64,000 nt of DNA, taken from Clostridiales bacterium (GTDB lineage: Bacteria > Bacillota > Clostridia > Christensenellales > Aristaeellaceae). The notes beneath the pieces were generated by a model. It saw only the letters and a list, made by a program, of their open reading frames with translations. It was not told where the DNA came from and ran no database searches. The stretch lies in NCBI GenBank assembly GCA_012520375.1, contig JAAYOH010000037.1, positions 52,413-116,412 on the forward strand, written 5' to 3'. The translations under genes and the position numbers were made by a program. Shown here in pieces: positions 63,630 through 64,000 of this stretch (positions are counted from its first letter, which is position 1; each line of letters begins with the position of its first letter).

Positions 63630-64000
63630 AGTTCGCCCTCCAGATGCAATGTCTTCTCCAGCAAGCCAATGTCCGCTTCCACATCCATCACTTCATTTTG
63701 CACGAGCTTGTTGAACTGCGTCATGAAGGCATCCTGAAGGATATCCAAAGCCCGAGCCGTCTCCGGCGTCAAACGCTGCACCTGCGGGCTGTCTGGGTTG
63801 GAGGCGATAAGATCCATGTATTTCGCGAGAATGTTGGCGCCGGTGGCCAGGTAAAAGCTAAAAAAGCGCCGTGCAGAGGAAATCTTCTCTGGGTTGTTGC
63901 CCAAGTATGTAAGCAGGCGGTTGCCCAGCTCGTACAGTTTCTTTGCCTTTACATCAATCTCTGCCTCCAGGGCGGATTGGGAAGCCTTGAGGATCACCTG
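63626..64000 (-). CDS. XpaC-like (5-bromo-4-chloroindolyl phosphate hydrolysis protein family), C-terminal part; gene runs off the window
   Basis: Helical C-terminal region ...RRFFSFYLATGANILAKYMDL... in the position upstream of a TelA homologue, as in the Bacillus xpaC-yaaN pair. The N-terminus lies beyond nt 64000. Confidence 0.55.
   Translation of the reverse strand, partial: QVILKASQSALEAEIDVKAKKLYELGNRLLTYLGNNPEKISSARRFFSFYLATGANILAKYMDLIASNPDSPQVQRLTPETARALDILQDAFMTQFNKLVQNEVMDVEADIGLLEKTLHLEGEL

Overview
This 64-kb window looks like chromosome from a high-G+C Firmicutes/Clostridia-type bacterium. That placement is an inference from the phoH-pgpH-ybeY-era-recO operon, a T-box leader, DUF896/DUF1292/CotH-type families and AGGAGG-type ribosome-binding sites. 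I support about 60 protein-coding genes, 2 tRNAs (Val-GAC, Leu-CAA), 1 T-box riboswitch, 1 decayed pseudogene and several promoters and terminators. I found no rRNA, no CRISPR array and no intact transposase, integrase or phage gene. Most long ORFs in the six-frame track that lie antisense to real genes are high-GC shadow ORFs. Housekeeping blocks: phoH/pgpH/ybeY-cdd/era/recO (1.4-7.1 kb), uvrB, rmuC, topB, and a T-box-controlled aspS-gatA-like-gatB operon (47.4-52.3 kb). Accessory blocks: a CotH/lamin-tail-domain, VTC and DUF4956 cluster (14.1-19.5 kb); a secreted clan-CD (caspase-like) protease; a TlpA, small-CXXC and membrane-4Fe-4S redox module; a J-domain plus HIRAN pair; an ArsR plus ABC-2 exporter; and a visibly lower-G+C islet (33.6-39.3 kb) with a secreted flavin reductase, a MerR regulator, a secreted VOC protein and a decayed FMN-binding gene. 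Further accessory genes are a carbamate kinase neighbourhood, a TRAP transporter and a TelA/XpaC stress cluster. The most unusual observations are in the transamidation operon. AspRS carries a C-terminal GatC domain. The adjacent GatA homologue is shortened and appears to lack the amidase Ser-cisSer-Lys triad. The operon leader is a T-box whose best specifier candidate is AAC (Asn). Also notable are a YbeY-cytidine deaminase fusion, the CotH/VTC/DUF4956 cluster, an unannotated 52-aa CXXC ORF, and a three-copy structured repeat that brackets the low-GC islet. All family calls come from reading the translations by eye and from memory; no searches were run.
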